From: Raillietiella orientalis
Lineage: Eukaryota
Assembly: GCA_036172245.1 (NCBI GenBank)
Contig: JAYWIR010000035.1
Span: 2,108,001 to 2,172,000 of the forward strand
Direction of reading: 5' to 3'
DNA length: 64,000 nt
Shown: positions 38,401 to 51,600 of the stretch, in pieces
Numbering within the stretch: the first letter of the stretch is position 1
How the letters are laid out: every line of letters begins with the position of its first letter
Translations under genes and position numbers: made by a program
Notes under the pieces: generated by a model
Database searches by the model: none
What the model saw: the letters and a program-made list of their open reading frames with translations, nothing else
What the model was told of the DNA's origin: nothing

Positions 38401-39106
38401 ACTCATCTGTGTACGTTTGTGTGCACATAATTGCATGTGCATAAAGACGTATGTGTGCAGGTTCGTGGTGTGTTTTCGATTTTCACATGGAGAAGCTTGT
38501 AGCAATCTCAACTGCTGCAAAAATCACTTAACACGGCGATGCTATTAAATGCTGGATGCTGGACCGCGAGCCAAGAGTTACGGAGCCGTGATCGAACAAA
38601 TGGAAGCTCACATCTCATCTTTCATTTGACTCAAGCAAGCTTCAGTGACAAGAACAATTTGGTCTCTTACTTGTCTTGCGGCATTCCCCACAATCATGAA
38701 CAAAGATGCACTGATTCGCCCAAGTTTGAGCGATCAAAGCCATTTCTTGATCCCATTGCTAAAATAAAAACACTGTGCAGCAAGAGCAGAAAGAATCCCT
38801 TACCATCATCCTCATATTACTGGCAGTGACCCCAGGAAACTGCATGGTTTGTCCTAACGCAACCCTCGATCTCCGTTCATTGTGTGCGTCGAGCAGCTCT
38901 TGCATCTCATATGAGCTCAGGGGGCGACGAGACTGGTAATAGCCATACGTAGAGCAGTTGGCACCTGGAGCGTTCATAGCGTAATTGCAGAGATCATGCC
39001 GAGGTCCATACATCATGCAATAATTTACTAAGGAGTACGAGTTCACTGCAGTGTTGATGGCACCACACAGAACCAGAAATAGTATGGGAGCAGACGGCCG
39101 AGGCAT
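35474..39106 (-). CDS. CAP/SCP superfamily secreted protein (antigen-5 / venom-allergen-like), 4 exons, 259 aa
   Basis: Exons 39106-38804, 38758-38671, 37970-37829, 35720-35474, GT-AG introns, in phase (780 nt). Signal-like N-terminus, NYC..HDLC, HNERRS, WDQEMALIAQTWANQC.F.HD, VGQNL, WFDE, GHFTQMMWA..LGCG (CAP1), LVCNYGPGGN (CAP2). Confidence 0.93.
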
Positions 39107-41420
39107 CCTTTCATCTAGGCTCGGCTGAAATTGTGAGAAGCCCTGGTTATTGAGCATCGCCTTTCTGCGACGGGCGCTCCCATCTGGCACACTGACCAAG
39201 CAAGCGCAAGTGGGAGCCCTGAAACCCTGGCTGTAAGGGGATCGGAGACAGGTGTCATGGCAGCACATAAATCTCTCGCAGCAAATCTATGTGAGAGGAT
39301 GACGTATCCTCACCGTGCCTTCACGGACCTTCCATGGGCTGGGTTCTACCTTGCTCTTCCGTAATGGAAACCTCACGAAATTTCCCTGTCCATGTGCTGC
39401 TCTTGCCCACCCGCGCATGCGCAGCCAGAGGCGACAGGAAGCCAAAAGCCGTCAAAGCGGCTAAGAGCTCCCGCATGTTTGAAATCCCTTTCTGGAAGCA
39501 GACCCATTGGAAGCTTAAACGGCTGCGGATTGATGGATGATCAACCTTGGAGTGGCTTTCAACACAATGCCATTGAGTCACCGCGATAATGAGGAAGTGA
39601 TTGATTCAAATGGTTGCTAAGAGGTACTGAAATTTGCCTTTGAAAGGCAACTAATACGGAAGCAACATCCGACGGACAGCCCGTGGTATGGAAGCAACAG
39701 ATCTGTGAAATACATGGGAGGGTACAGTGCAAAGCACTGATGCTGACGATTCCCTTTTCCTGCCTCGAGAAGAAAGCAGTGTGGAATTCGGGGTGCCATC
39801 AGGTGCCGAATGGCGAAAAAACAAAGAACGCTCCAGGGCCAACCATCTTGCTGGTCACGAAACACCCAGAAACTATGGAGAAGAATCCTCCGTGAAGAAT
39901 ATATGAAGAAATGTGTTGTGCACGGCGTTGTTCTCAATTCACGTTCGAATGCTTTGCTTCTCTACTTTCGGACCCAAGTACCAAGATGCTGCAGAGAAAT
40001 ATCCTTGTCTTCCCGTATCGACGACCAACACGTAACCCCTTTTCCAGTCTTGGCAACAAAGTAACCGAAAAGCAAAGCCTTTCTGTGGAAGAAGAGTACC
40101 GCGACATTCTTATGTCGCATCTGTTTGCGAAGCAAGGAGACACTTGCCAAAAGCAAGCTCTTCTATGCTCCCACTACTCGAGGATTTCACTATTCCTTCA
40201 AAACCACAAACACACACAGAAAAGAAGCCTGAAAATTTACATCACTCGATACATCTCTCTTTCTGAACATATATAGCATTGACCTGTGATAAGGCGGCTG
40301 AAATGTCTTCAGAGTTTCAGCAACGTTTTGCGTAAACTGACAGCTGTGGTGCGACAAGTCACATCTAACAGAAACGCAAGGCCCGGTTTACAGTATCGGC
40401 TTAAATCTCGCTTAGGAACTCGGACGCGGGTCTTGGGAAGAAAAAGGATATCGAGAGGAAAAAAAAAAGGGATTCACCTGGAGTACTTGAATCTTCGGTG
40501 TTTCCCGTGGTTTTCAGGACCCTCAAATGCACCAGACCATTCTGGGGGAATGCGAATTTTTCTAGGATGGATTTCCTGCAGGTGCAGCGGACTACCTCGT
40601 TCCTGACCGAGTATTCGAATGGACCTGCCCGAGATCGTATTTTACACCAAAAGCTTAGGCCAGTGTCATGCTCACTTCCAGTTATCTATCACATTTCCTG
40701 CCGACCGTTCACCTTTTTATGGGTTTCTCTATTTTGAGCTGAACCTCCTTAACTGGACAACTGTATCTAATTGGCTACGACAGCAGCGAGAGTCTTCTAA
40801 CATTAGGTAACTTTTAGTAAACGTATCGAAATCTCGTTTCAACGAGGTGGAAGAAGAAAAAAAAAAAGATGAGAAATATTTCGCCCTTCACAGCCTCCAA
40901 ATGGTCTCGGAAACACTCGGAACACTTCGAGAAGTTCACATGAGGGAGGATAGAAAAGAATTTTTCCTGGGAAACCTTCCGGAATTGGAGCTTCTCGCAA
41001 GCCTTCCTTTTCTTTTCCCTTTTGTAGGAGGGCACGGGATTGTAAACATGTTTTGCTTCGCTCTAGAGAGCAGTTTTTGAGGAGATTTATTTCCTCGAGC
41101 TAGTTTGCCCAGAATTCCGGCAGCGGGTCGCCAAGCAACACGACCCACCGACAATGCAAGGCTGTGGACATTGCGAGATCGTTTGCACTGTTGTGTCGCA
41201 CTCGCCGTTGCTTGGAAACCGCTTACCGATTAGCGAACATGGGGTGCACCTGCAGATGAGGACTACTAGGGTTCGAAATCAGAAAATGCGTGTGCAATCA
41301 AAGTACATTCGCTCCTGTTTCCCGTAAAGCTTTTTCATTACAAAACTCTGTATCCTTGCCCACTCCTTGATTTAAAGTAGGTTCCTTTGGTTGTCTCATG
41401 AGCCCTTCTCTTCCGGATGG

Positions 41421-41456
41421 AATGGCAGGAGAAGGCGTCTGCCTTCTCCTGCCATT
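41421..41456. repeat. Perfect hairpin, 16-bp stem and 4-nt loop
   Basis: aatggcaggagaaggc-gtct-gccttctcctgccatt. Confidence 0.9.
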
Positions 41457-44241
41457 GCGAACAAAGAAATCCTTGCCTTCCTTTCCATGGGTTGGAGAAC
41501 GTTTGCAAAGGAAAGGAGGAATTCCAGAGAGCTCAGTTTAGCTTATGGAAGCCGTTTCCAAGGTACCGAATTGTACGAATATCACGTGTCCAATACGCGG
41601 GTGCTGTGTGTCGGGTGCAATTCGACGTAACGTCAAAGCGTGCAGTCGAATCCTCCAAGGACCCTTGTATTTCCAGGAAGAACCGGGTATATTCTAGTCG
41701 ACTTGTTGAGGAACCATCAAAAGAGATTCCTCTGTGCCTTGATTCCTGATGCGTCACGGAATTTTCACTTTAGGCTGTTCGTTCGAACGCGTTTCTCTGA
41801 GGGGCCGCGGTTCAAACTGCAAATTGAGGGTAGGAAGAATAAAGTAATGAGAGTTGCCTCACCGAGGGACGGAGGTCAAGATGAAGGCAGAGCCACTCTA
41901 CCGAAAAGCGATGTCGAGATCTGAATTTCGAACAGAATTTCGTGAAGATTTCAGCTCGCAGTGATTTCAGCTCTACATGATGTCTTTAGATGGAACCGGC
42001 AGCATCCAGCTCAGGATTCGGCGACTCAACTTCCAGAGATCGGAAATGCTTCTGCCGAGGAGATGAGGAGTGAACGAGGAAAGGAGCTGTGATGCAAAGG
42101 AAAGTCACGTGACTGAGCATGTGCAAGTGATTCTGGGTATGCTGATAGAGTTGATGGCTATTCTAATCATGCGATCTATGATCTAGAACTTGATTCTAGC
42201 GTTGAGATGCACGAAGCAGGAAGGTTTTCCACTGCAGTGGTCGACGCATTGTTGAGGTCCGTCTTGCAGCTGTGGATGCCTCGTGGCACAGGGCATCGAA
42301 TGCAAACATGGAACTCGGTGTGAACTGAACGGAAAAGGCATCGAGTCCGAGACGGACTTAGGGTAGGCCATGCATTTCTTGCATGTGGGAACAGTGACGT
42401 GCTCAGGGTGTTGATCGATCGCCGTGTTCGAAGAAACAGTGACCTGTACTTGCTTTACACACTTTTAAGTTTCAAACTACAATAACACCGGTTCTCTTAT
42501 CGAGGATCTTATAATGGTGTTGGAAGTATCTGATATCTCACTCTTAAAGGATATTTTTTACGTCGCGTATGTATGCGCTAACTGAGTACGGACGATAATT
42601 ATGTTGGCAGTGATGACACACATAAAAACACCCAGCCACTTCATGGAGTTCATGCCAGCTAGGAGATGACAGCGTGCGCTTATTAGCAAAATAATTTTAA
42701 TCATGTGCTGACAACCGAATCATTCTATCCATCTGAGAGGAAAGGCAACCTTGCATCTGCGATGCGGTGGCGGCTCCAAACGAAATTTTTAACGTCACGT
42801 GTACTCTGATGAGGATGGTATGGAAAGCTTGGCGAGTTTCCTGAAACCCCTAGCGAGTATTCATTTAATGAATTCATATATCACTCCCGTCCATCTCTCA
42901 GTCTTTCCTCGCCCTGCACGAGACCTTAAGTGTGAAATACACCGCACTTTACGGACATGCTTCCACTTCCACGTGCAATGCACAAACAGTACACAGCCTT
43001 GCATTAGCGCGACGGGAAAGCAGTCCTGGTGGGCCAAACGGTGGGATCAAGTCATACCCGAAAATTCTGCGAGACCGCCTGAGAACCCCGGGTGCTGTAA
43101 ACACTTCGGATGGACGCACTCGGGGCTGAGCGAGTTCGAGATGCAGAGGTGCAATCCAGAGATGAACGGAAAGCCCTCAGACACGACCTCTGAAACGAGG
43201 TGAGGATGAGAATGAAAGTGCCTCTTTTCGGTGTGTGATTTCCAGACAAGGGACCGAATTGCTTTGCGTAGGTGATCGAGGTGTACACTTTGCGAGCTGA
43301 GCTTTTCAAAATCAAAGAATTCCCTTATCCTAATTCTTCACCTGCATCCCTCTTCTGAAGTGTTCTAAGAAAGAATCGAAAACGAAGCCCTTAGGTGAAA
43401 AATTGGTCTGAAAGACCGAGCCAGTGACAAAGATATGACCCGTTTTTATCATGGCAAAGACAAGTGGATTGCAGGTCTCTAGAGGAATGTACTCACTCTT
43501 TTTAATGTTCCTTGCGAACGAAAAGAAGTTCACTGAGAAGTAAAACAAACAAAAGAATCTGAAAAATCACCGATGCAGGCAACTTCGTGACCGAAAAGAC
43601 TGTGGTCAGTTGCTGACTCAAGATTTCTTCACAATCTTAGGAAAACGTTTAAAAAAGACAAAAATGACGGGTCGTAGGAATTGAAGAGATGATCTCTATG
43701 CGTCCTCGTCATTTCAAGGAAAGATTTGATTCCATCCTTTTTTTTTAGATGGCAAAAGAACACCTGGCGAGTTTTTCATTTTTATTTTTGACGAAGATCG
43801 GATCTGCAAACCCATGAAGGAGAAAAAAAGGTTAAATCGAAAGGGTCATTGCAGAAGGTGAGCGCCCCTCAGCTTCCTGGGTCAGTGTAATGAGCGGATA
43901 CAGAGCTCCCGTCGATGTGCTCCTTTTCTAATAAGGTGTCAAGGGTCCGCCTGCTGAGTACACCGGACACACCGACGTCAAGAGCAGGCATGCGATGATA
44001 CATGAGAATCGCGACAGAGGCTGACGCACATGTGTCACATAAAAAACACGTGAACAGTGGAGCTGATGCACAGCCATCATGCTCACTCGTCTGGTACAGC
44101 TGCTGTGGGACGTGCTCCTACTGGGACACGAGCGGATCTTGCAGGTGGCAGCCTCTCACCTCTCCGCATGGAACACATGGCCGACCACAGACAGGCCAGG
44201 AGTGAGCGCAGCACACGCGTAGCATTCGGACACCTCGTGCA

Positions 44242-45645
44242 ATTGTGAAAAGCACCAGCCAATTGGGTGGTGCATCACAACGAAGCAGAACCAATTAAGT
44301 GTTGGGAAGGTTCCGTTTCCGTTGTTCTGAAGAACGTTCGTCGTGCCAGAAGTTCGCCCACCCGCGTTTCGGCAGAGATGCCGTCTTTCCGAATAAAAAT
44401 TGACCAAAGAGAAACGCGGTGTTCTTTACCCTAAGCAAGCTGCTTGCGCATTCCGATCGCGCCACTTGGACGCACACGACGTTTGTTTTTCCGCCGTCAC
44501 CTGCATCCGGACGGAACGTGGACGCAGGTGGAACCAGGAAGCGGGAAAAGCCTAGTCCGCGAGTGTCCGATCGACGGCAAGCAGGCGAAGGATTCCTACT
44601 CTTCGGACGGTGGGCAGCGTCCAGCTTTTCCGCCGCCTGCCGTTAGCAGTGCCGGAGGGGGCAGCAGCGGGATCGACTGCCGCGAATGCTAGAGGACGAA
44701 GGCGTCCTGGTGCGTGGCTGTTCGCAGGATTGCAGCAACATGGCACGGATTTGGCGAGGCAGCGGGTTGCATCGAATGCGCTGGAAGTCGCACGGGCCGC
44801 GTGCATGCGATCCGTCGGCTCACGCGGAAGAGTGCAGGCGCACGAGGGAACCCCAGGTCGGCCGCACTCGCCCCAAGCAAGCGCGACCGCTTGCTAGGCA
44901 CGCGCCATCACGCTCGCTGGTGCGGTGCAGTCGGCTGTTCCGGCGCGTGCTGGCTCGCTTTCGGTCGGACTCGCTCGCATCTCGCCGGCCTTTCCTCACG
45001 GGCACGTCCGTGGCCGCAGACGTGCCGGCAGCACGCACGTCACTCCGCTTCCTCGTTGCGAAGGAGTTAGGCGAGGGTGCCCTTCTTGCGAGAGCCCGGA
45101 ACGGGATGCGCGCTTTCGATTGTTGTCGGTGAGGAGGGCGAGGGAGGGGAGCGGCCGCCCGAGGGCTCGTGCGAAGCGCGGAGGCGGCGCGCTCGCAGCC
45201 CGGGCGGTTTCCCTCGGGAAAGGTGGTCGCGGCTCGCCAGCTGACCGGCGCCGCCGGCCGTGCCCGAGGCGCGCGACGACGGACGGTCTCTCTGGAACGT
45301 GCGAGCGATCGGGTGGATGCGGTGCGCGCGCGCGTTCTTCCCTGCGGAGCGGCGTCCCGGGATCGCAGGGGGGGGGGGGGGGAGCGAGGAGCACGGGAAC
45401 GGCACGGTAAGGACTTTCCGGTGCTGCTGGCAGGCGAGCGGACGGAGGGAGCACGGCACGAGCCGGGCATGGGCCCGTTTGCGTCATCGCGTCTTCCCGC
45501 GGAGGGGAATGTCAAATGAAGATGCAAACGAAGGCAGCTGTCCCGAGGAACTGCTGCTTTTTCCAGGAGCCCAAATGGTCTCGGTTTGCGCAACGGCCCG
45601 CGTGCTCAAGGTGACCCGCCTGGAAAGAAACCGCCACGGAGCGTC
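44242..45645 (+). repeat. GC-rich ~1.4-kb dispersed repeat, copy 3
   Basis: Direct near-identical copy of 5558-6960 (offset 38684); the G-run is G15 here. Confidence 0.9.
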
Positions 45646-48600
45646 CTACTGACGCGTGGGAGGGGCATCCTGTTAGGTTGAATGGGAGGGCCCGATTGCG
45701 GTTCACGAGATTCGCACATGGTGCGTGCAAGCGTGGCGGTTATTTGTGACACGAGGACGTGGGTTGACTGCGCGGGTTGCGCACTTCGACGTCCCTGCGG
45801 CAGGATCGCTGGAGAGACAAGCGTTGTTGGGTGCGGCTCGACGGACGCCGTGCTCGAAGATAAGAAGATAGAGGGAAGGGAAGGGGAGGAACGACGCGGC
45901 GCGCGTAAGCACATCGTCAGTGGCCGTTCCCGGAACGCGACTGTGTCGGAGGCTTTGTGGTTGCGGCTTCCGCACGTGGCGCCGTCCATCCAACTCCATG
46001 TGCCACTCGTCCATTGAAAGGAGCTGCTGCTAGTGCCGCCGCTCGGGATGCGTGCGAAGAAGGGACAGGAGCGCAGCGTGCCCCTGATCGTCTTCCTGTG
46101 GGAGGAGGAGGCAGACGCGAGGGATTCTCATGGTGGTGCCTTTGGACACCTCCGAGCAGGAAGAGATCAAGGCGGCGCCTTCCATATAGTCCGAGGTCAC
46201 GTGGCACGGCGGCGCTCCGTCCGCCATACCACGCGACCTCGGACTTCATCTGTCCGCCGGCTGAAAGCGAAAACGGAAATTGCACGCTCGCAGGCACGCG
46301 TTTCCGGTACACGCTCCGCCACAGCAATGTCCCTGCATGCGTACCCAACTGCGCACGCGAGGCGCGCGGGATTCTCACTTCGTGAGGAGCACGGCCTCGT
46401 GGTTGCATGAGTGCGGTGTAAAGATGCGCATCGGATGCATACGCGATGGTGTGTGCTCAGTGTGCATCACATGTGTTTAAAACGCATGTGCACGTACGAC
46501 TGCACACTCAGGTGCTTGGACCCTCCTGCGCCCGCGGCCACGGTCGAGAGCAGAGAGCACCGGTGCTGCCCTGAAGGAAGTGGCTATCGCCGGGGAAGGA
46601 GGCGTGGCTTTTTCTGAAGGATCCCCGGAGCTCCCGGTTCGACTCCGCTGTTCCTCGTCTCTCCTCCGCATCTGTCATGATTGCATCCTTTTGCCTTTTC
46701 TCTCCCCTTCTCCTCGCCTGAACCTTCCTTCCCCCAGGTTCCCTTGGAGCGAGCCCGGGACGGCAGTCGGCTCCCCGCTCCGCCGCTAGCCAGGGACCTC
46801 TTTCCGAGAGAAAGAGGCACCTCCTCATTTCCGCGGCTGACCGGCCCGAGGACTAGAGCTGACACATTCTCCCCCCTCCCTGCAAAGCCTGTTAGTCTCC
46901 CTCTGTCTTGGCTTTCGTGGAGCGTGGTCTTTCTCGAGCACGAAAGTGACCTGCTCCGCGGTCCGAGGAGGAGAGTCCCTGTTCTCTCGCCTTGTCCAGG
47001 AGGGCCAGTTCCCCTGCGGCATCCCCACCCCGTTCCCTTCCTTCTCCCAAAGGCTAAAGCAACGACCGGAACCTTCGCTCCGCAAGCAGTGACCCCGCAG
47101 GCGCTGCGCGCTCCCGGAAGGGTCCGGCTGTCGCCCTCGTGGGCGCCCGAGGAGGGAGGCTAGGGTTGCGCTTCCGACGCCTTGGAAAGACCAGAGGTCC
47201 GGGCTCCTGCATTCGCCTATGAGAGGTAAAAACAGAAGGAAAGAAAGGATCATTCGTTAGGAGAGAGCCGGAAGGCTGGGATCGACTGCTTGAGCGGTCG
47301 ACATGAGCCACCGTCCTCTGGAGGAGTGAATAGTAATTTTTTTTTCCCCATAGCGTCATCGGCGAACTCCCGATCGGGAGGGGCTCGAAGGGATGCGGTG
47401 GGTCACATTACTTGGTCCGGAGGAAGAGGAGCGCGAGAGTGAGTCTGTGGACCAGACCGAGGGAGAGGAACCGAGACCTCCTTAAGGGCTGGTGGTGACG
47501 CCTGGATTACTCCTCCTCCACATCTCACGGACCAACCCGTTCTGTAATGAGACCCTTCCTGAGGTAGCGGCGGCATGGACCTCGAGAGGCCGCCTCAGCG
47601 AAGGTAGTGCCTTACGACGGAGTCAACGCGCGGCTCGGCCAGGAGGATGATCGGCGCGCATACTCGGAGATCCTGCCTGACCTCCGGGAACGCAAGCCGG
47701 CATCGGGTGTGGCTCTTCGGACCTCGTCGAAAGACTGAGAAGCCCTTGCACTCTCTAGCCGACCATCGTCCAGTCTTCAAGGAAGCTGAGTAAATCCAGT
47801 AGCCCCTCATGAGTCCATCAGTTCTCCTAGGGAGACAAGAAACTTCACTTCCGGCATGTCACTTGCAGAATCTCTATCGTCGTCCTTAGTCCTCAGGACT
47901 CGTGTGCTCCCGGAGGGACGTGTAGTTGGTCCCACAGTCCTCTGGAGTTTCGAATCTTTAGAGATCCAAATTTTTGAGCGCACATAAAGTCCTGAGGCCT
48001 GCCATACCTCAGTTCCGGTCCTACGTGGTCGGCTAACAGTCCTTATAGCACTGTTAGCCGACCTCTGGAGAGTCACGACCGTCGAGTAGCTGGTGCGTGA
48101 CCTTCGTCCGGCACTGTAGCGTGATCCAAGGATGATTTGCCGATGGAAACTGCATCGCCGATGATGCACCGGCCCATGAAGCATCCTAACGTCAGGTTTC
48201 CGTGCGACGACTGCAGCTACCGGAACTTCCGCCAAGATACTGCTGTCCGCCTCCGATGGTCATCGAAGACAGATGGCTGTTGAAGATGTGCGAGCGCTGT
48301 AACGTTGTTGCCGATGCTGCGAACTCAGGGGCATAACGAGCCGACTAAGGTGGACAAACGGTGAGCTCTCACGTTCCATCTGCTCCCAAACTACGCACCC
48401 TCAAAACTTTCCGCGCATAGCCAGCGAGCCAAAATTCCCGGGGGTCGAAATTTTTTCCCATTTTTGGCACCCAGGATATTAAAAAGCGTTTTCGATTGCT
48501 GGAGGGTTTCGGTCTCTGGCCTCCGGCACTTGGGTAAGTTACAGGAGGAGCTCAGCTGAGAGGAATAGCCATCCCAACATCCACCGTAAAATCTTGAGTC

Positions 48601-51600
48601 AATGCCATTCCAGATGGAGAAAAAATACCCAGCAACCTTCAACAATTGCAAGCTTTGACAAATTGAACAGCAAAAGGGTTACAGACGCATTCTATGATAG
48701 TCGCCGCGCATTGCTTCAAACTGGGTCCTACTAGACGGTATGATGCATGTTGACTTTCCAAATCCTTTCCAAATCTTGGTTCCCCTTCCCTTGATTTGCG
48801 TGATGTATGTAGTTTTTCGGTGGTACAGCTACAATTTCCTATTCATCTCAAAATACTCTACAGAGAAAGTGTAATCACAGGGTGATCATCCACATATGCA
48901 ACTGCATGCTCGAGAGAAGCAGCACAGAAAAAAAAAACAACAAGATTAGAGACAAAAAACCACTGAAAGGCAGAAGTGAATTACAAATGTTGAATTTAAA
49001 TTTTTCTTTGAGAAAACAGTAAGAAAGGGTAAACCACTAGCAGTTAAGAAAAGGATAGCCGCAGAAAGGATAGTCGCTAGCGAATATTTCGAAGAATTTT
49101 TTGAGACTGATTCTTCGGGTGCTTGCGAAAGATCTCGATGTGAAATACGAACTCTTCAAAAAATGGTTCAGTCTTGACCTTTGCATCTGTGAAGAGATGA
49201 TGGCTGGCTGGAAAGAATGAGGGTCGATTTGTTCCGCCATCTCCTTCAAGTATCCCAACCAACCCTGGAAGCAGGACGACGAAAAGTTCGGAAATTTGGG
49301 GAGGGGTTCCCAGTCCGGATGAGAAAACCATTTAGGTTGACATCAGTATTCGGGCTCCCCTGATGTATTCTGCAAAAGCTGAAGTTTCTTGAAAACTTAA
49401 GAATCTGAGAATCTTCTGAGACTCCTCCGAGCTATGATTTTCGAAACTGGTGACATTCACATCTTTGACATTTTGCGTGGCTACTGATGTGTGAATATTG
49501 CAGCAGCTGTTCAGATTTCAGAGTTAGCCGAAAAAGATCTTTATTCTTAGAGTAATCTTGATTTTACTAGATGATAAAAAGCCATCTGTTTCCGATTAAA
49601 AATTTTCGGCTACAGAGTCACTAATGTGGAATAGTGGGCGTAAAACACATATTGTCGCATGAACTATATAGATAAAGCTAACAAAATGTTATTATCCAAA
49701 AGTACTCATATCAAAAGAAAAATGAAGGAATGTGGCTCGAATGAGCTTGCACAACATTCAAGGATTTTCTATTTGCAGATTGCTTAGAATAACATCTCTT
49801 GGTTATGAATAAACATACAACTCAAGATAGATAATGAGAATGAACATCTCAGAAAAAATACATATAACTCAAAGCATTCTTGCTTGAACATCCATATTAG
49901 CAGCTCTCTCAAAATATTCTACAGTGGCCCAGAAGCCATCAAACTTGGTTCCAAAAATGATATAACATCTAAATTGATTGTATTTGAATGTTTCAGAAAC
50001 ATACATTTTGTTTGAAACCCAAATTGCAAAGTTGTTCTTAAGATAAGTTTCTTTTTTACATCATCATCATTACCAAGCCATAGATAATCGTGGCGCTTAC
50101 TACGATTTAGTCCTACTTAAATACTAAAATCTATTAAGTTCTTATTAATAGATATCAGAAATGAATGAATGTCGTTCAGAAATCATTCAAAATACCAATA
50201 TTTCTATATTGCCTCATACATATATTATTTTCCTTTTTAAATAAAATCACCAAATTTCCCATTTTGGTGCTTTTGATACAAAAGTAAGGAAAATCAATTG
50301 GGTCCCTTCTATTTATACAAGGAAATTTCATTTCTGGCAGATGCCTTTTGAGTCTTTAGTGTCCAACATATACGACACTCAGCCTATTATGGAGAAAATT
50401 CCAGAATGAATGTCTCTGGATTTCAATTGCAGGGTTGTGAAAAAAGATTCAAAAACCAATGCTTGAGGTGCTAAGTAAATCAGCTCCTATTAATACTTTC
50501 GTTATGCATTATAGAATGTTCATATCAAATATATATAGTAGGTAAACCAAAAGCATTATAATAAATTTGATTCCATAGATATTTAGCTTCTTCATACATC
50601 CTTTCTTCGATAAAGGCAGCTTTTCAAGATTATCTGTTTACTACAATGACTTCTCACTGGTTATAGGCTATGTTCCAGTGATTCTTTTTCATCTCCATGA
50701 TGGATCCATCAGCAAAGGCATGAATGTAAACGAACAGTGAGAGAAATTTAAAAAACCTGTGGGTAAGAAAGTTTTTCAAGAGACCACGGACAGATCCAGT
50801 TATCAATAACTACGAGTCCACGATAGATATCCCAAGAACACACATATGATCTTGGCAAACAAGTCCACTTCCAGGTTTCCTGTGCTCCCTGATGAGGTCA
50901 CCTCCGCGTTCATGTGCAAGCCGTCATAAGAAAGCTGTACTGGAACGTTTATGGGAAACTGGTAGAAGTGTGGTTACAGGGAAGAGTTTCAGTAGCCACT
51001 TTATGAGATGCTAAAAGAAAAAGTGATTCCTTAGGATATCCAATAAGGTAGTCGAGAGGAAATTCTAAAAGTCGCTTGTATTATGAGTTGAAGGTGCCGA
51101 TTCACATTTCCTGAGCGTAGACAGCGTGTAGGAAAAGGTCAAAATAAAGGAGAAGCCTGGTGCTTTTTCATCGTCAGCATGAATTTCCTTTGAAGTCATG
51201 CAGTTTCCCTGGAAAATGGAAGGCTACACCAAGGTATACGTTTTTATTGATTGCCAGAAGTTGTGGCTGATAAATCTTTTCTGATAAGCCAACTTTAGGT
51301 CAAGATTTATACTAGTGGGGTGGGTATAGGAGGGTAGTTCGGTTGCTTTGTTTTGGTACACGTTTCGACCTGTATGTATAGTATGGGAAGCGCTTGTAAC
51401 TGGTGATTGATTTCGAACCAGTACATAAGAATAAAGGTGGTGATAATTTAATCTATTAGATATTTTGATAGTCACGTGAAGGAGTTCCCTGTTATGTTTT
51501 CATACCTGTCAACCTCCTCTTTCAAGGAATTGCACGTCCCAATCACCTTTAATATGACTTGTACGATATTGTCTTTTAATCTAGTAGTACATCAGCGTGT

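Noticed and set aside
43052..43548. Adenain-like protease remnant (FVFDSF)
   Set aside because: Catalytic His and Cys motifs are not identifiable.
46800..48250. Decayed gag/ORF1-like tract (also 28870-29530)
   Set aside because: Knuckle residues are too degraded to call.
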